Assembly: GCA_031272985.1 (NCBI GenBank)
Contig: JAISSU010000008.1
Coordinates: forward strand, 38,800 to 102,799
Length of the DNA: 64,000 bases
Reading direction: 5' to 3'
Origin: Lachnospiraceae bacterium
GTDB taxonomy: Bacteria > Bacillota > Clostridia > Lachnospirales > Lachnospiraceae
Shown: piece by piece, positions 23,404 to 32,561 of the stretch
Layout: each line of letters opens with the position of its first letter
Numbering within the stretch: the first letter of the stretch is position 1
Translations under genes and position numbers: made by a program
The notes under the pieces: generated by a model
The model's database searches: none
What the model was told of the DNA's origin: nothing
What the model saw: the letters and a program-made list of their open reading frames with translations, nothing else

Positions 23404-24525
23404 TTATGCCTGAGCAGGGCTGTCCCACAGGAGGAGTTTTGTCCCGATTCCTTCTTTAAGAGCGTTTTGGTAGATGTCATAGGTCCAGGCAACATCATAA
23501 ACAGCCATACCGCATGTAATGAAAAGAACTCTCTCATCATGGGAGGTGCGCCCCGGGCGTACGCCTCTGATGATGTCGCCGATAGCTGTGAAATCATTAA
23601 GCGCAGGAAGTGCTCCTTTATCGATCAGGCTGAAAATCGGACCTCCGATAACTCCGGCATAATAAGCTTCTTTATTGCCTGAGGCAATGGCATCCTCAAC
23701 ATAAGCTTCCTGTAATTTAACATGGTCAAGAATAATCTTTGAATTCGTAAATACTCCGTCCTCGCCCTTAGCAGGTCCTGTGAGCATCAGCAAAGACCCT
23801 TTTTTAAGCCAGCTTTCCTCCAAATAAAGGGGTTTAAGTCTTGAAGCTGCAACAGATACTACATCGCCTTCAGAAACTGCTTTTGCTAAATCAGAAGATG
23901 CGACAGCGTCCACGCCGAGGTCATTTTTAACCCAATCGGCGAAAGCTTCTGCCTTTTCGATAAAGAGGTCAAAGCATACGAACTTCTTTACATTTTTCAT
24001 TTGAGTACGAATCGCGGCGATACATGCTTTATTTATAGGTCCGCACCCGATTACGGAACAAATTTCGGCGTCGGGATTTGCGAGGTGGCGGGTAGCAACG
24101 CCGGGTACCGCCCCTGTTCTCGCGGCACTTATAAGATTCGCAGACATCATGCAAAGCGGTTCACCCGTGTCCTTATCATTTAAGAGCATCACCAATACTG
24201 AGCGCGGCAGGCCTTTAGTGGCATTAGCGGCATTTGAGCCGTACCATTTACAGCCGCAAACGTCGAAGCGTCCTCCCACATAAGCCGGCATAGCTGCGAA
24301 ACGTCTGTCAGGGCCATCGAGCGGCATATTCGGAAACGGTGATTCCTTTGGGAATACCATCGTAATGCCATGATTATTATGATTGGGTCCCCCCATCAAA
24401 TAGTCGCCCTCGCTTAATAGTCTGAATGATTCCTCGATAGTATCGACGCAGGCAGCCGCGTCCAAAACGCCGGCTTTAATAGTTTCCGGCTCCGAAAGAT
24501 AAATAAAATCCGTATGTTTTCCCAT
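23404..24525 (-). CDS. ornithine cyclodeaminase/mu-crystallin family protein (often annotated tyramine oxidase subunit B)
   Basis: 373 aa. Rossmann region SAARTGAVPGVATRHLANPDAEICSVIGCGPINKACI and an overall OCD-family pattern. Confidence 0.5.
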   Translation of the reverse strand: MGKHTDFIYLSEPETIKAGVLDAAACVDTIEESFRLLSEGDYLMGGPNHNNHGITMVFPKESPFPNMPLDGPDRRFAAMPAYVGGRFDVCGCKWYGSNAANATKGLPRSVLVMLLNDKDTGEPLCMMSANLISAARTGAVPGVATRHLANPDAEICSVIGCGPINKACIAAIRTQMKNVKKFVCFDLFIEKAEAFADWVKNDLGVDAVASSDLAKAVSEGDVVSVAASRLKPLYLEESWLKKGSLLMLTGPAKGEDGVFTNSKIILDHVKLQEAYVEDAIASGNKEAYYAGVIGGPIFSLIDKGALPALNDFTAIGDIIRGVRPGRTSHDERVLFITCGMAVYDVAWTYDIYQNALKEGIGTKLLLWDSPAQA

Positions 24526-24551
24526 AGTGTTACCTCCTGTTTTATGAAAAA

Positions 24552-26051
24552 TTACTGTTTTTTTGGAACATACATTACATTAAAGTCACATAGATTTGTG
24601 CCTGTATTCCCTGTAAATACTGTGTCCCCGATTGCTTTTAGCACCTCATAGGAGGCGTGCCCGCGAAGATTTGCTCTGATGTCGAGCCCTTCTGAAACCG
24701 CTGCGGCATAGCTCGTCGAGTCAGTGATACCTCCCGCCACGTCCGTCGTCCCGTCTGTGCCTTCGGAGTCTATTGAAAGAAGGCAGGCACCGGGTGCTTT
24801 CGAGTCTGCGGCGCACATTGCAAAGCCCAAGGTCTCTTCCTGAGAGGGTCCGCCATGTCCGGTAATCACATCGCCGGGGGCGATTTTAGTGCTCGCTTCT
24901 CCTGAGGCAATAATCACGCATGGCGCGGGGAAAGGATTTGCGTAAGTTTGAATTTCCCTCGCTACGGATGCCAGCACGGCACCTACGTCCCCTCCTTCGC
25001 CTTGTAAAAACGAAGTCAATATGTGAGCCTTAATACCCATGCCTTCGGCGATTTCTTTTGCATAACGGCAGGCATCAGGCAATGTATTAATCAGATAATA
25101 AGTATTTTGCGGAAAGGCCTTAGGAGTCTCGGCCTCGGGGCCCGCATTCATCAGGTAATCGACAACGCGTCTCGGTAAAATATCTTCTACTCCATACTCA
25201 CGGATGACGCGTCTGGCATCGTCCAAAGTAGTCTGATCCGGTCCGAAGGGTGTGGCACGATATTTCTCATAAGGAATGCTGATGTCTCCGGTCGCAGGAG
25301 AAGCCACGGCATCGCTGATTCCGAAATGTATCAACTGTGCTCCCCTTTCGGCAATTCTTTTTGCGAGCATCCCTCCGTTAAACTTTGAAATATGGCGGCG
25401 TATTGCATTTATCTCGAAAATATCCGCACCTGATTTAAGCATAATATCTGTAACGGCGATTTCATCTTCTAAAGTAATTCCATCGACAGGGCAGCTCATA
25501 AGAGCAGAACTCCCGCCGCTGACAACACCTATGAACAGGTCATCGGGACCTGAAGAATCCACCAGTTCAAGGATTTTTTCACATGCCCTAAGACCGTCCT
25601 CATTCGGGAGAGGGTGTCCGCCGACATACTGCTTCGTGCGATTATAAACATCAGTCGCTTCCGCAATCTTAACAATGACGATTCCGCGGGTCAGATGATC
25701 ACCTAAAACCTCATCCACCGCCCGTGCCATGTGATTTGCGGCCTTACCGGAGCCTATTAAATAAACATGTCTTTTTTTGCTTAAGTCCCAGCTATTATTT
25801 CCGATTTTTAAGATATCTCCATCGAGTTTAAGAATGCTCTTAATCCGCTCGTACGCGTCGAGACGTTGCAATGTCGCTTCGGTAATATCCAGAACAATTT
25901 TTCTGGAATTCACGTCGCCATGCGATAAAATCTCGTCCCTGTTTCGGATTTTCAGGGATTTAATTAATGTACTGTCACTGCGTGATTTGTCATTCAATGT
26001 ACAATCCTCCGAATTATTAAATATTGATACAAGTGATAAATATTTTTTCAC
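24552..26051 (-). CDS. MOFRL-family glycerate 2-kinase (hydroxypyruvate reductase-associated type)
   Basis: 499 aa. N-terminal YLIGSGKAANHMARAV and the MOFRL C-terminal half. The true start is possibly internal. Confidence 0.5.
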   Translation of the reverse strand: MKKYLSLVSIFNNSEDCTLNDKSRSDSTLIKSLKIRNRDEILSHGDVNSRKIVLDITEATLQRLDAYERIKSILKLDGDILKIGNNSWDLSKKRHVYLIGSGKAANHMARAVDEVLGDHLTRGIVIVKIAEATDVYNRTKQYVGGHPLPNEDGLRACEKILELVDSSGPDDLFIGVVSGGSSALMSCPVDGITLEDEIAVTDIMLKSGADIFEINAIRRHISKFNGGMLAKRIAERGAQLIHFGISDAVASPATGDISIPYEKYRATPFGPDQTTLDDARRVIREYGVEDILPRRVVDYLMNAGPEAETPKAFPQNTYYLINTLPDACRYAKEIAEGMGIKAHILTSFLQGEGGDVGAVLASVAREIQTYANPFPAPCVIIASGEASTKIAPGDVITGHGGPSQEETLGFAMCAADSKAPGACLLSIDSEGTDGTTDVAGGITDSTSYAAAVSEGLDIRANLRGHASYEVLKAIGDTVFTGNTGTNLCDFNVMYVPKKQ

Positions 26052-26159
26052 TATAAATAATTATAGCGCCATTTTTTGCGCATTATACTAATATATTACC
26101 GCTAACAATCATTATATTGACCATCTTCATTGCTATATTTTCCGCCCTTTTCGGTTAGC

Positions 26160-26187
26160 TTGACAAACCAATTATGGCCGTTATAAT
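26160..26187 (+). promoter_or_regulatory. sigma-A-type promoter upstream of the 2-hydroxyacid dehydrogenase gene
   Basis: TTGACA at 26160-26165, a 16-nt spacer, then TATAAT at 26182-26187. Followed immediately by the CCGTTA-GGT-TAACGG hairpin plus a T-run (26196-26221) and a 14-codon upstream ORF. Confidence 0.55.
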
Positions 26188-26302
26188 CGAAAATAGCCGT
26201 TAGGTTAACGGTTTTATCATTGATAAATTTGATATTAGATTGAGGTTTATTATTATGATTGTTTATGCGCTCATTATAGGAGCGGGATTATGGAGGTAAT
26301 TT

Positions 26303-27256
26303 ATGAATAAGGTACTTATCACTTTACCGTATTTTGATATTAAAAATCCGGATGCTTACAATTATTTAACAGAACATGATTGCGAGGTCAGTGTCATCCA
26401 AAAAGAAACGCCATACACCCCTGAAGAATTCATGGAAATTATCGGAGATTTTGACGCTGCAATAACTGATTTGGAAATCTGGGACGAGGCCGCATTTAAG
26501 GCGGCTAAAAATCTTAAAATAGTTGCGCGATTCGGTGTTGGGATGGACAATTTTGATTTGGAAGCTGCGAAAAAATTTAGGATTACGGTGACTAATTGCC
26601 CCGGCGCCAATGCGACCGCAGTGGGAGAGCATACTTTAGCACTCCTTCTTTCATTGATGCGCGAGATTCCCAAATATGACAGACAGGTAAGAGATGCCGA
26701 TTGGTCTCGCCCCGATTTTCAGGAATTAAAAGGAAAAACAGTCTCAATTCTTGGTTTCGGAGCGGTAGGCCGCCAGAGCGCAAAGAAGCTGTCGGGATTT
26801 GAAGTAAATATGCTGGCTTATGACAAATATCCTAATGAAGACGCAGCGAAGGAACTGGGAGTAAAGCTCTGTTCTCTTGATGAAGCGCTTCAAAATGGGG
26901 ATATTTTGCTTCTGCATCTGCCGAGTCTCCCCGAGACTTATCATTTGATTAATTCTGAAACAATATCAAAAATGAAAGATGGAGTAATAATTGTTAATGT
27001 CGCCAGAGGAGTAATCGTTGATGAAAAAGCTGCAGCCGAAGGACTTAGGAGTGGGAAAATAGCGGGCTTTGCGTCTGATGTATTTGAAAAAGAGCCCGTA
27101 GAAGCAGACAATCCGCTCTTTGCTTTCCCGAATTTTATCGGCTCTGCCCATGTCGCTACCGATACGGCGCAGAATTTTATCAGATTGGGCGACGTAGTCG
27201 TAAAAGATGTTGTGGAGGCACTGGAGGGCAAAAAACCCAAGAACGCACTGGTTTAG
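26303..27256 (+). CDS. D-isomer-specific 2-hydroxyacid dehydrogenase (hydroxypyruvate/glycerate or phosphoglycerate dehydrogenase-like)
   Basis: 317 aa. NAD-binding GFGAVGRQSAKKL and a catalytic region (ARGVIVDEKAAAEGLRSGKIAGFASDVFEKEP...SAHVA). Confidence 0.8.
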   Translation: MNKVLITLPYFDIKNPDAYNYLTEHDCEVSVIQKETPYTPEEFMEIIGDFDAAITDLEIWDEAAFKAAKNLKIVARFGVGMDNFDLEAAKKFRITVTNCPGANATAVGEHTLALLLSLMREIPKYDRQVRDADWSRPDFQELKGKTVSILGFGAVGRQSAKKLSGFEVNMLAYDKYPNEDAAKELGVKLCSLDEALQNGDILLLHLPSLPETYHLINSETISKMKDGVIIVNVARGVIVDEKAAAEGLRSGKIAGFASDVFEKEPVEADNPLFAFPNFIGSAHVATDTAQNFIRLGDVVVKDVVEALEGKKPKNALV

Positions 27257-27261
27257 ATAGC

Positions 27262-27406
27262 GTCTGGGGTATCCCCTGACCTTTAGTAGCGTAGACCGGA
27301 TTCACTTCGGTCGGAGCGAGGGGTGTCGGGGGTATCCCCTGACCTTTAGTAGCGTAGACCGGATTCACTTCGGTCGGAGCGAGGGGTGTCGGGGGTATCC
27401 CCTGAC
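27262..27406. repeat. palindromic interspersed repeat (family copy B): tandem array of 2.3 units of about 63 bp
   Basis: Three GTC(G/T)GGGGTATCCCCTGAC hairpins at 27262, 27325 and 27388. They are separated by two identical 43-nt spacers (CTTTAGTAGCGTAGACCGGATTCACTTCGGTCGGAGCGAGGGG), each with its own GACCG..CGGTC hairpin. Confidence 0.9.
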
Positions 27407-27434
27407 TAATAATAAAAAGGAAAGAGAGAATAGT

Positions 27435-28712
27435 ATGTCAAAAATTAAAGCAATACGTGCAAGGCAATTATTGGATTGTAAATGCAGACCCATGGTGGAG
27501 GCCGAGGTGGAGACCGAAAGCGGCGCAATAGGCACAGGCAGCGCCCCTACGGGGAGTTCCGTGGGCTCTCATGAGTCTTTTGTTCTGCGGGACAATGATA
27601 AAGGAGAGTATGGCGGATTAAGCGTTCATTTGGCTGTTAATAATGTTATTGAAAAGATTGCGCCTGCGCTAATAGGCATGGACGTAGAGGATCTGCGAAA
27701 AATAGATGAGAGAATGATAGAGCTTGATGGGAGTTTCGATAAGCACAATCTCGGAGGGAATGCGATTTACAGCGTTTCTATTGCCGCGCTTCGTGCGGCG
27801 GCAGCTGATAATAATATGCCCGTTTACCGTTATATTCTGGGCAGGGATCCACATACGGTTCCGGTACCGACGTTTAATGTAATTAACGGAGGAAAATATG
27901 GTGATCTCATTCAGCCTTTCAATGAATTTCTGATTGTCCCATGGAAGGCAAATAGTATTTATGAGGCTGTTGAAATGGGAGTTAAGGTATTTTCTGCGCT
28001 GGAGCAGGAGATACCTAAAGTTACTGGGATTTCACCGATGGTAGGGCGTTCTTATGGCTGGGTGGCACCTTCTGAAAATCCCGATGACATTTTGAATTTG
28101 CTTTCGCATACGGTAAAGGTCTGTGGATACGAGGGCAGGATAGCTTTCGCAATGGACTGCGCTTCGGGAGAGATGTACAATAAAGAGGATCATACCTATT
28201 ATTTGTTTGGTAATAGGGTATCGAGTGCGGAATTGGTGGATTTTACGGCGGGGCTTTCCCGGAAATATCCTTTATTTTTCATAGAGGATTTGCTTGATGA
28301 AGATGATTTTGACGGCTTTAAACTGGCGCATGAGAAGATCACAAATAGCCTTATTATAGGAGATGATTTAATCGCTTCCGACAGGGCACGACTTGAAAAG
28401 GCTCACGCGATGAACGCTGTGGATGGATTCATACTGAAACCGAACCAGATTGGAACCATCACCGAGGCAAAGGATACGCACGATTATGCCGTAAATGAAG
28501 GATTGCTTTCAATTACTTCAGGGCGCTCGGGCGGGGTTGTTGATGATATAGTTATGGATTTGGCCGTCGGATATGAGATTGGATTTATAAAGAATGGGGC
28601 CCCGCGTTCGGGGGAGAGAATATCAAAGCTTAATTTCCTCATGAGAGCCTGTGATTTGGCGCAAGGTTGCACGCTTGCCGATTTAAGTAAAGTAGCACGC
28701 ACAAACTCTTAA
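27435..28712 (+). CDS. enolase-superfamily paralog with a substituted catalytic acid/base pair
   Basis: 425 aa. Clear enolase fold: N-terminal ...AEVETESGA.G..APTG.S.G..E, the EF motif (NEFLIVP), metal ligands (AMDCASGE, FFIEDLLDED, IGDDL) and both Lys (LKPNQIGT, IKNGAP). The general-acid motif VGDEGGFAP is replaced by VGRSYGWVAP, and SHRSGETED is replaced by SGRSGGVVD. Confidence 0.7.
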   Translation: MSKIKAIRARQLLDCKCRPMVEAEVETESGAIGTGSAPTGSSVGSHESFVLRDNDKGEYGGLSVHLAVNNVIEKIAPALIGMDVEDLRKIDERMIELDGSFDKHNLGGNAIYSVSIAALRAAAADNNMPVYRYILGRDPHTVPVPTFNVINGGKYGDLIQPFNEFLIVPWKANSIYEAVEMGVKVFSALEQEIPKVTGISPMVGRSYGWVAPSENPDDILNLLSHTVKVCGYEGRIAFAMDCASGEMYNKEDHTYYLFGNRVSSAELVDFTAGLSRKYPLFFIEDLLDEDDFDGFKLAHEKITNSLIIGDDLIASDRARLEKAHAMNAVDGFILKPNQIGTITEAKDTHDYAVNEGLLSITSGRSGGVVDDIVMDLAVGYEIGFIKNGAPRSGERISKLNFLMRACDLAQGCTLADLSKVARTNS

Positions 28713-28818
28713 TCACAAAAACCGGAATCGCCGTGTCTTAGCAAAAATAATAGAAGAGAATTTATTATTAATTTAGAATCATTATACCGGAATGTTCATG
28801 AGTACAGGGCATTCCGGT

Positions 28819-29049
28819 TTAGTCTAGATTGACTATTTCCTCAATTAAGCTCTCGCACTCTTCAAGAGAGCATATTGCCCCCTCAAGTGATTCCACCTTT
28901 TCGCTTAATTGCTCCAGAAAATCCGTGTCTTCCAAGTCGTCTTCCACTTTTTCGAGATAATCTTCCTCTGAGTCTTTGATTTCTTCTAATTCTGCCTTGA
29001 TTTCAGATAGGCGCTCAAAAATAGCCTCAAGCCTGATGTGATTGTTCAT
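28819..29049 (-). CDS. small highly acidic coiled-coil protein, hypothetical
   Basis: ORF 28819..29079 with a probable start at MNNHIRLEAI. E/D-rich heptad pattern. Confidence 0.35.
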   Translation of the reverse strand: MNNHIRLEAIFERLSEIKAELEEIKDSEEDYLEKVEDDLEDTDFLEQLSEKVESLEGAICSLEECESLIEEIVNLD

Positions 29050-29214
29050 ATCCCCCTCCGATATTCCCAAAAATAACAATATTCAAAAAATAATTTGCAA
29101 CAGCTAAATTATAACCTGTTTCGGTGAGAGATTCAATTAATATTCTAATAATTATACAAAATTCAGTAAAGCTGTGATTTACGATAATAAAATACAATAA
29201 AGCTTTTAGTTTAG

Positions 29215-29517
29215 CTAAGCCTCAAAATCTACACAGCGTCGATTTTTCGTAAACGGTCGCACGGTTTCGGTCGCGACCTTTACGTGAGCCGGGTGTACCT
29301 GATACCCATTGAGCGCTTCTTGGCTTTCAAAGACACTGTATAAAACTAATTCCGCATTACTATTCGGAAGAAAACTATCATAGACCTTAATCTCCAAAAG
29401 ACCCGGAACCACACCATAAAGTGCCTCAAGCTGCGATTTAATATCAGAAGCTCTTTGCGCTTTCTCATCGTTTGAAAGACCATCAGCCATATCCCATAAA
29501 ATAATATGTTTTACCAT
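29215..29517 (-). CDS. Dabb (stress-responsive A/B-barrel) domain protein
   Basis: Track ORF 29215..29550; the start is likely MVKHIILWD. Dabb-like pattern ...LEIKVYDSF...HPAHVKV. Confidence 0.6.
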   Translation of the reverse strand: MVKHIILWDMADGLSNDEKAQRASDIKSQLEALYGVVPGLLEIKVYDSFLPNSNAELVLYSVFESQEALNGYQVHPAHVKVATETVRPFTKNRRCVDFEA

Positions 29518-29584
29518 TTTAGTATCCTCCGTTTGAGTTGATAATAGCATGTTTGCCGATTTACAGTCAATCAGGTTCCAAGGT

Positions 29585-30097
29585 CTAACTCTTCGCTATT
29601 TTTCTGAGTAGTATATATGGATACTCTATACCACCCAAATTAAGAAGTCGCTCATCAACCTTCTTAAACCCGTGTGTTTCGTAAAAGCTAATAGCGTGGT
29701 CATTATCCTTAAATACATCAAGTATAAAATCACAATATCCGAGTTCTGTAAGCACCTGCTGGGCTCTTTCAATTAGCATATGACCAAAGCCTCGACCGAT
29801 AAAATCAGACCGCAGGTAAAGTGCCGTGATTTCGCCATCATCCGGATAACCTTCTGTCAGCGATTTACCGAGAATTGCCGCGCCAATAAGATCGCCGTTA
29901 ATATGAAGCATAAGAAAATAAGAATTCCCGCTATCATAAAGCTTATAAAGTGCTGCGCTTCTTTTCTCAGTGGAGAGAGAGTCTAAATATTCGGGCGAAA
30001 GTAAATCGGCATAGGTTGCTCTCCATGCCTGATTAATAAATGCGGCGATACATTCTATGTCTGATTTTACGGCAAATGTGATGCTAATATTCATGTT
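29585..30097 (-). CDS. GNAT family N-acetyltransferase
   Basis: Track ORF to 30142; the likely start is MNISITFAVKSDIE. Acetyl-CoA motif RSDFIGRGFGHMLIERA. Confidence 0.7.
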   Translation of the reverse strand, partial: NMNISITFAVKSDIECIAAFINQAWRATYADLLSPEYLDSLSTEKRSAALYKLYDSGNSYFLMLHINGDLIGAAILGKSLTEGYPDDGEITALYLRSDFIGRGFGHMLIERAQQVLTELGYCDFILDVFKDNDHAISFYETHGFKKVDERLLNLGGIEYPYILLRKIAKS

Positions 30098-30168
30098 GCG
30101 CCTCGTCCTAAGAATTGATATTAGCATAGAAAATAATTTCACGTCAACGAATCAACGAATCAATAACC

Positions 30169-31389
30169 TCACCTGCGTCTTCCTTTTTGTTCTGCCGCTT
30201 TAAAATTATACAGTGGTTTAATTCTGGTCACAATTTCGGCAGTCGGTGCTATTTGTTCGATGATTTCTTCCATGGGCTTATAAGCCATAGGCGATTCGTC
30301 CAGCGTTTCCGGCAGTACGCAAGTGGAGTATATTCCGCTCATTTCGGCTTTGAATTCTTCCATTGTAAGCTCATTTCGGGCTTTATTGCGGCTCATGAGT
30401 CTTCCTGCGCCGTGCGGTGCGGAAAAATTCCAGTCGGGATTTCCTTTTCCCATGCAGATTAGGCTTCCGTCACGCATATTTATCGGAATCAGTAATTTTT
30501 CGCCTTCTTTTGCAGAGACGGAGCCTTTGCGCAGGATCATAGCCTGCGTGTCAATATAATTATGAATCGTCGTAAATTCGCCTGTTGATGCCAGTCGCAT
30601 CCCTATGAGAATAGTGTCAGCCATTGCCTTTCGGTTAAGCACCGCAAAGCGTTGTACAATCTTCATATCATGAATATAATCATCGAATAATGCGCCTTCG
30701 ACATAAGCTAAATCTTTCGGTACGGAAATTTCGGTTTCGGCTTTAAGACTTTTTATCGCCGTTTGGATTTCTTTATCGCGTCCTTCTTCTTTAAGCTGTG
30801 CAATAAAATCGTAAATTTGCACTTTTGAGCAGCCGCGCAGCGAGTTGTACCCTTCATTTTGATAGTAATCCGCCACCTCACAGCCCAAATGACGGCTCCC
30901 GGAGTGGACGACAATATAAATCTCCCCATTATCTCCGATATCAGCCTCGATAAAGTGATTTCCTCCGCCGAGAGTCCCGATGCTTTTATAGGCTCTATCT
31001 GCACTGATATGCTTTGCGCAACGTAATTGCGAGAGATCAATTTCCGATGCATATTTATGCGGTGTTTTGCGAATCTCAAAACCTGCCGGAATGTACTTAT
31101 GTATTACCTCATCTAATCGTTTAAAGTCAATGGATTTTACGTCCAATTGTATGGTTTCCATTCCGCATCCGATGTCCACCCCGACCATTCCAGGCACAAT
31201 TTTATCTGTAATGGTCATGGTCGTACCTATTGTGCAGCCTTTACCTGCGTGGACATCAGGCATTATTCGTATTTTACAATCTGAAAACTCCTCCTGATTG
31301 CAAACTTCCTTTATTTGCTGCGCCGCCGCGTCTTCTAATTGCGAAGTATAGCAAATGGCGCTGTTGAATTTTCCTTCTATCTTTACCAT
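30169..31389 (-). CDS. rtcB: RtcB-family RNA 3'-phosphate ligase
   Basis: 406 aa. Signature metal-binding motifs MPDVHAGKG and GVDIGCGM, with His-rich downstream segments (VHSGSRHLG, NHFIEA). Confidence 0.85.
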   Translation of the reverse strand: MVKIEGKFNSAICYTSQLEDAAAQQIKEVCNQEEFSDCKIRIMPDVHAGKGCTIGTTMTITDKIVPGMVGVDIGCGMETIQLDVKSIDFKRLDEVIHKYIPAGFEIRKTPHKYASEIDLSQLRCAKHISADRAYKSIGTLGGGNHFIEADIGDNGEIYIVVHSGSRHLGCEVADYYQNEGYNSLRGCSKVQIYDFIAQLKEEGRDKEIQTAIKSLKAETEISVPKDLAYVEGALFDDYIHDMKIVQRFAVLNRKAMADTILIGMRLASTGEFTTIHNYIDTQAMILRKGSVSAKEGEKLLIPINMRDGSLICMGKGNPDWNFSAPHGAGRLMSRNKARNELTMEEFKAEMSGIYSTCVLPETLDESPMAYKPMEEIIEQIAPTAEIVTRIKPLYNFKAAEQKGRRR

Positions 31390-31408
31390 CTTAAGTCACC
31401 TTTATTTT

Positions 31409-31431
31409 GGGTCAGGGGATAACCCTGACCC
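31409..31431. repeat. isolated hairpin of the palindromic repeat family (copy D), in the SPFH-rtcB intercistronic spacer
   Basis: GGGTCAGGG-GATAA-CCCTGACCC: a perfect 9-bp stem, the reverse-orientation relative of GTCGGGGGTATCCCCTGAC. Lies between the SPFH stop (31440) and the rtcB start (31389). Confidence 0.75.
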
Positions 31432-31439
31432 CTTTGCTA

Positions 31440-32561
31440 TTAAGTCAATTGTTTCTCTTGTTTCTGTGTTCCGTTTAAAATTCCGGCAAGCCCCGTAAGT
31501 AAATCAGTGCCTCCATTTACAGTAATATTACCTACATTGTCACAGATTTTCTCAATATACTCAAGTTCTTTAAGCTTATAAAGAGTTTTATTCTCATCCA
31601 TAAGCTTTGCCGTATTCAAAAGGCTTCTGGTGGAAGCGACCTCCTCGCGTCTGGTAATAACATTGGCTAAAGCTTTCTTCTCGGCAATAAGGACCGTATT
31701 CATAATGCTGCGAATCTCGCCCGGAAGTATAATATCTTTAACTCCCGCATCGGTGAATGTCACATGATATTCGGCTTCCCTTGCTTTAAGATAAGTAAGC
31801 ATTGCCTTTGACAATTGCTCCTTATTTTCCAAAATCTCATCAAGGCGATATTTACCGACATACTCACGCAAGGCAAGCTGTAAAAGGATGTGAATCTGCC
31901 CCTCATAGTCGTCAATTTCGGTGTGAATCTTCACATAATCGGTGATTTTATAAGTGCACACGAAATTAATGCGAAGAGCCACCTTGTCAAGCGTTATCAT
32001 TTCCTGCCCGGTAATATCCATCTGCAATTGACGTGTATCGACGATACCAGCGGTTATTCTGGTTCCGTTGTTCCAGAAATAATACGTCCCCGGTTCAAGC
32101 AAACGCATAAACTTTTGGTCAAACATAAGGCGGGCCTTTTGGAAATCCGCTACCTCTATCTTTGTGTACAGCCTAATCGGGATGTAAGCAAAAATATATT
32201 TCGGGACATCTTCGCCTACTTCCGGTATTTTAGTGTCGACGATTCTAAACTCATGCTTGTCATGAATTTTGAAAAACGCATATTTCCCGCTGGGCAATAC
32301 CTCTTTGAATTTATCGTTTACAAAATGCAAAGCAAGAGTCTCATCGGCGACCTCCAAAGTTTCCACCTCGTTTGCAATATCAGTATTTTCAAGAAATACT
32401 TCAATTGCATAGTCCTTTACTCTGAAATTGCCGCTTGCCGGTACAATTTCCACGCTAAAGCCGGAACCGAATCTTTTGTGTTTACCCGGCTTAAGGTAGT
32501 CTATAAATTTTCCATTTTTAAAAAGAAATCCTCTTTGATTCTCGTTAATAATTGTTCTCAT
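31440..32561 (-). CDS. SPFH/band-7 (stomatin/prohibitin/flotillin-like) domain protein lacking an obvious TM anchor
   Basis: The track ORF extends to 32621. The start at 32561 (MRTIINENQRGFLFKNGK) has an AAGGGAGGA ribosome-binding site 8 nt upstream. SPFH core (...VDTRQLQMDITGQEMITLDKVALRINFVCTYKI...) and a C-terminal coiled coil. Confidence 0.65.
   Translation of the reverse strand: MRTIINENQRGFLFKNGKFIDYLKPGKHKRFGSGFSVEIVPASGNFRVKDYAIEVFLENTDIANEVETLEVADETLALHFVNDKFKEVLPSGKYAFFKIHDKHEFRIVDTKIPEVGEDVPKYIFAYIPIRLYTKIEVADFQKARLMFDQKFMRLLEPGTYYFWNNGTRITAGIVDTRQLQMDITGQEMITLDKVALRINFVCTYKITDYVKIHTEIDDYEGQIHILLQLALREYVGKYRLDEILENKEQLSKAMLTYLKAREAEYHVTFTDAGVKDIILPGEIRSIMNTVLIAEKKALANVITRREEVASTRSLLNTAKLMDENKTLYKLKELEYIEKICDNVGNITVNGGTDLLTGLAGILNGTQKQEKQLT

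Noticed and set aside
27262-27406. A CRISPR array (regularly spaced 19-bp repeats)
   Set aside because: The intervening spacers are identical to each other. The array is only 2.3 units long, the repeats are hairpins of a dispersed family found at three other sites, and there is no leader or cas gene.
28740-28818. Terminator between the enolase-like gene and the small acidic protein gene
   Set aside because: An 8-bp stem (CCGGAATG..CATTCCGG) exists, but the loop is 14 nt and it lacks a convincing U-tract on either strand.
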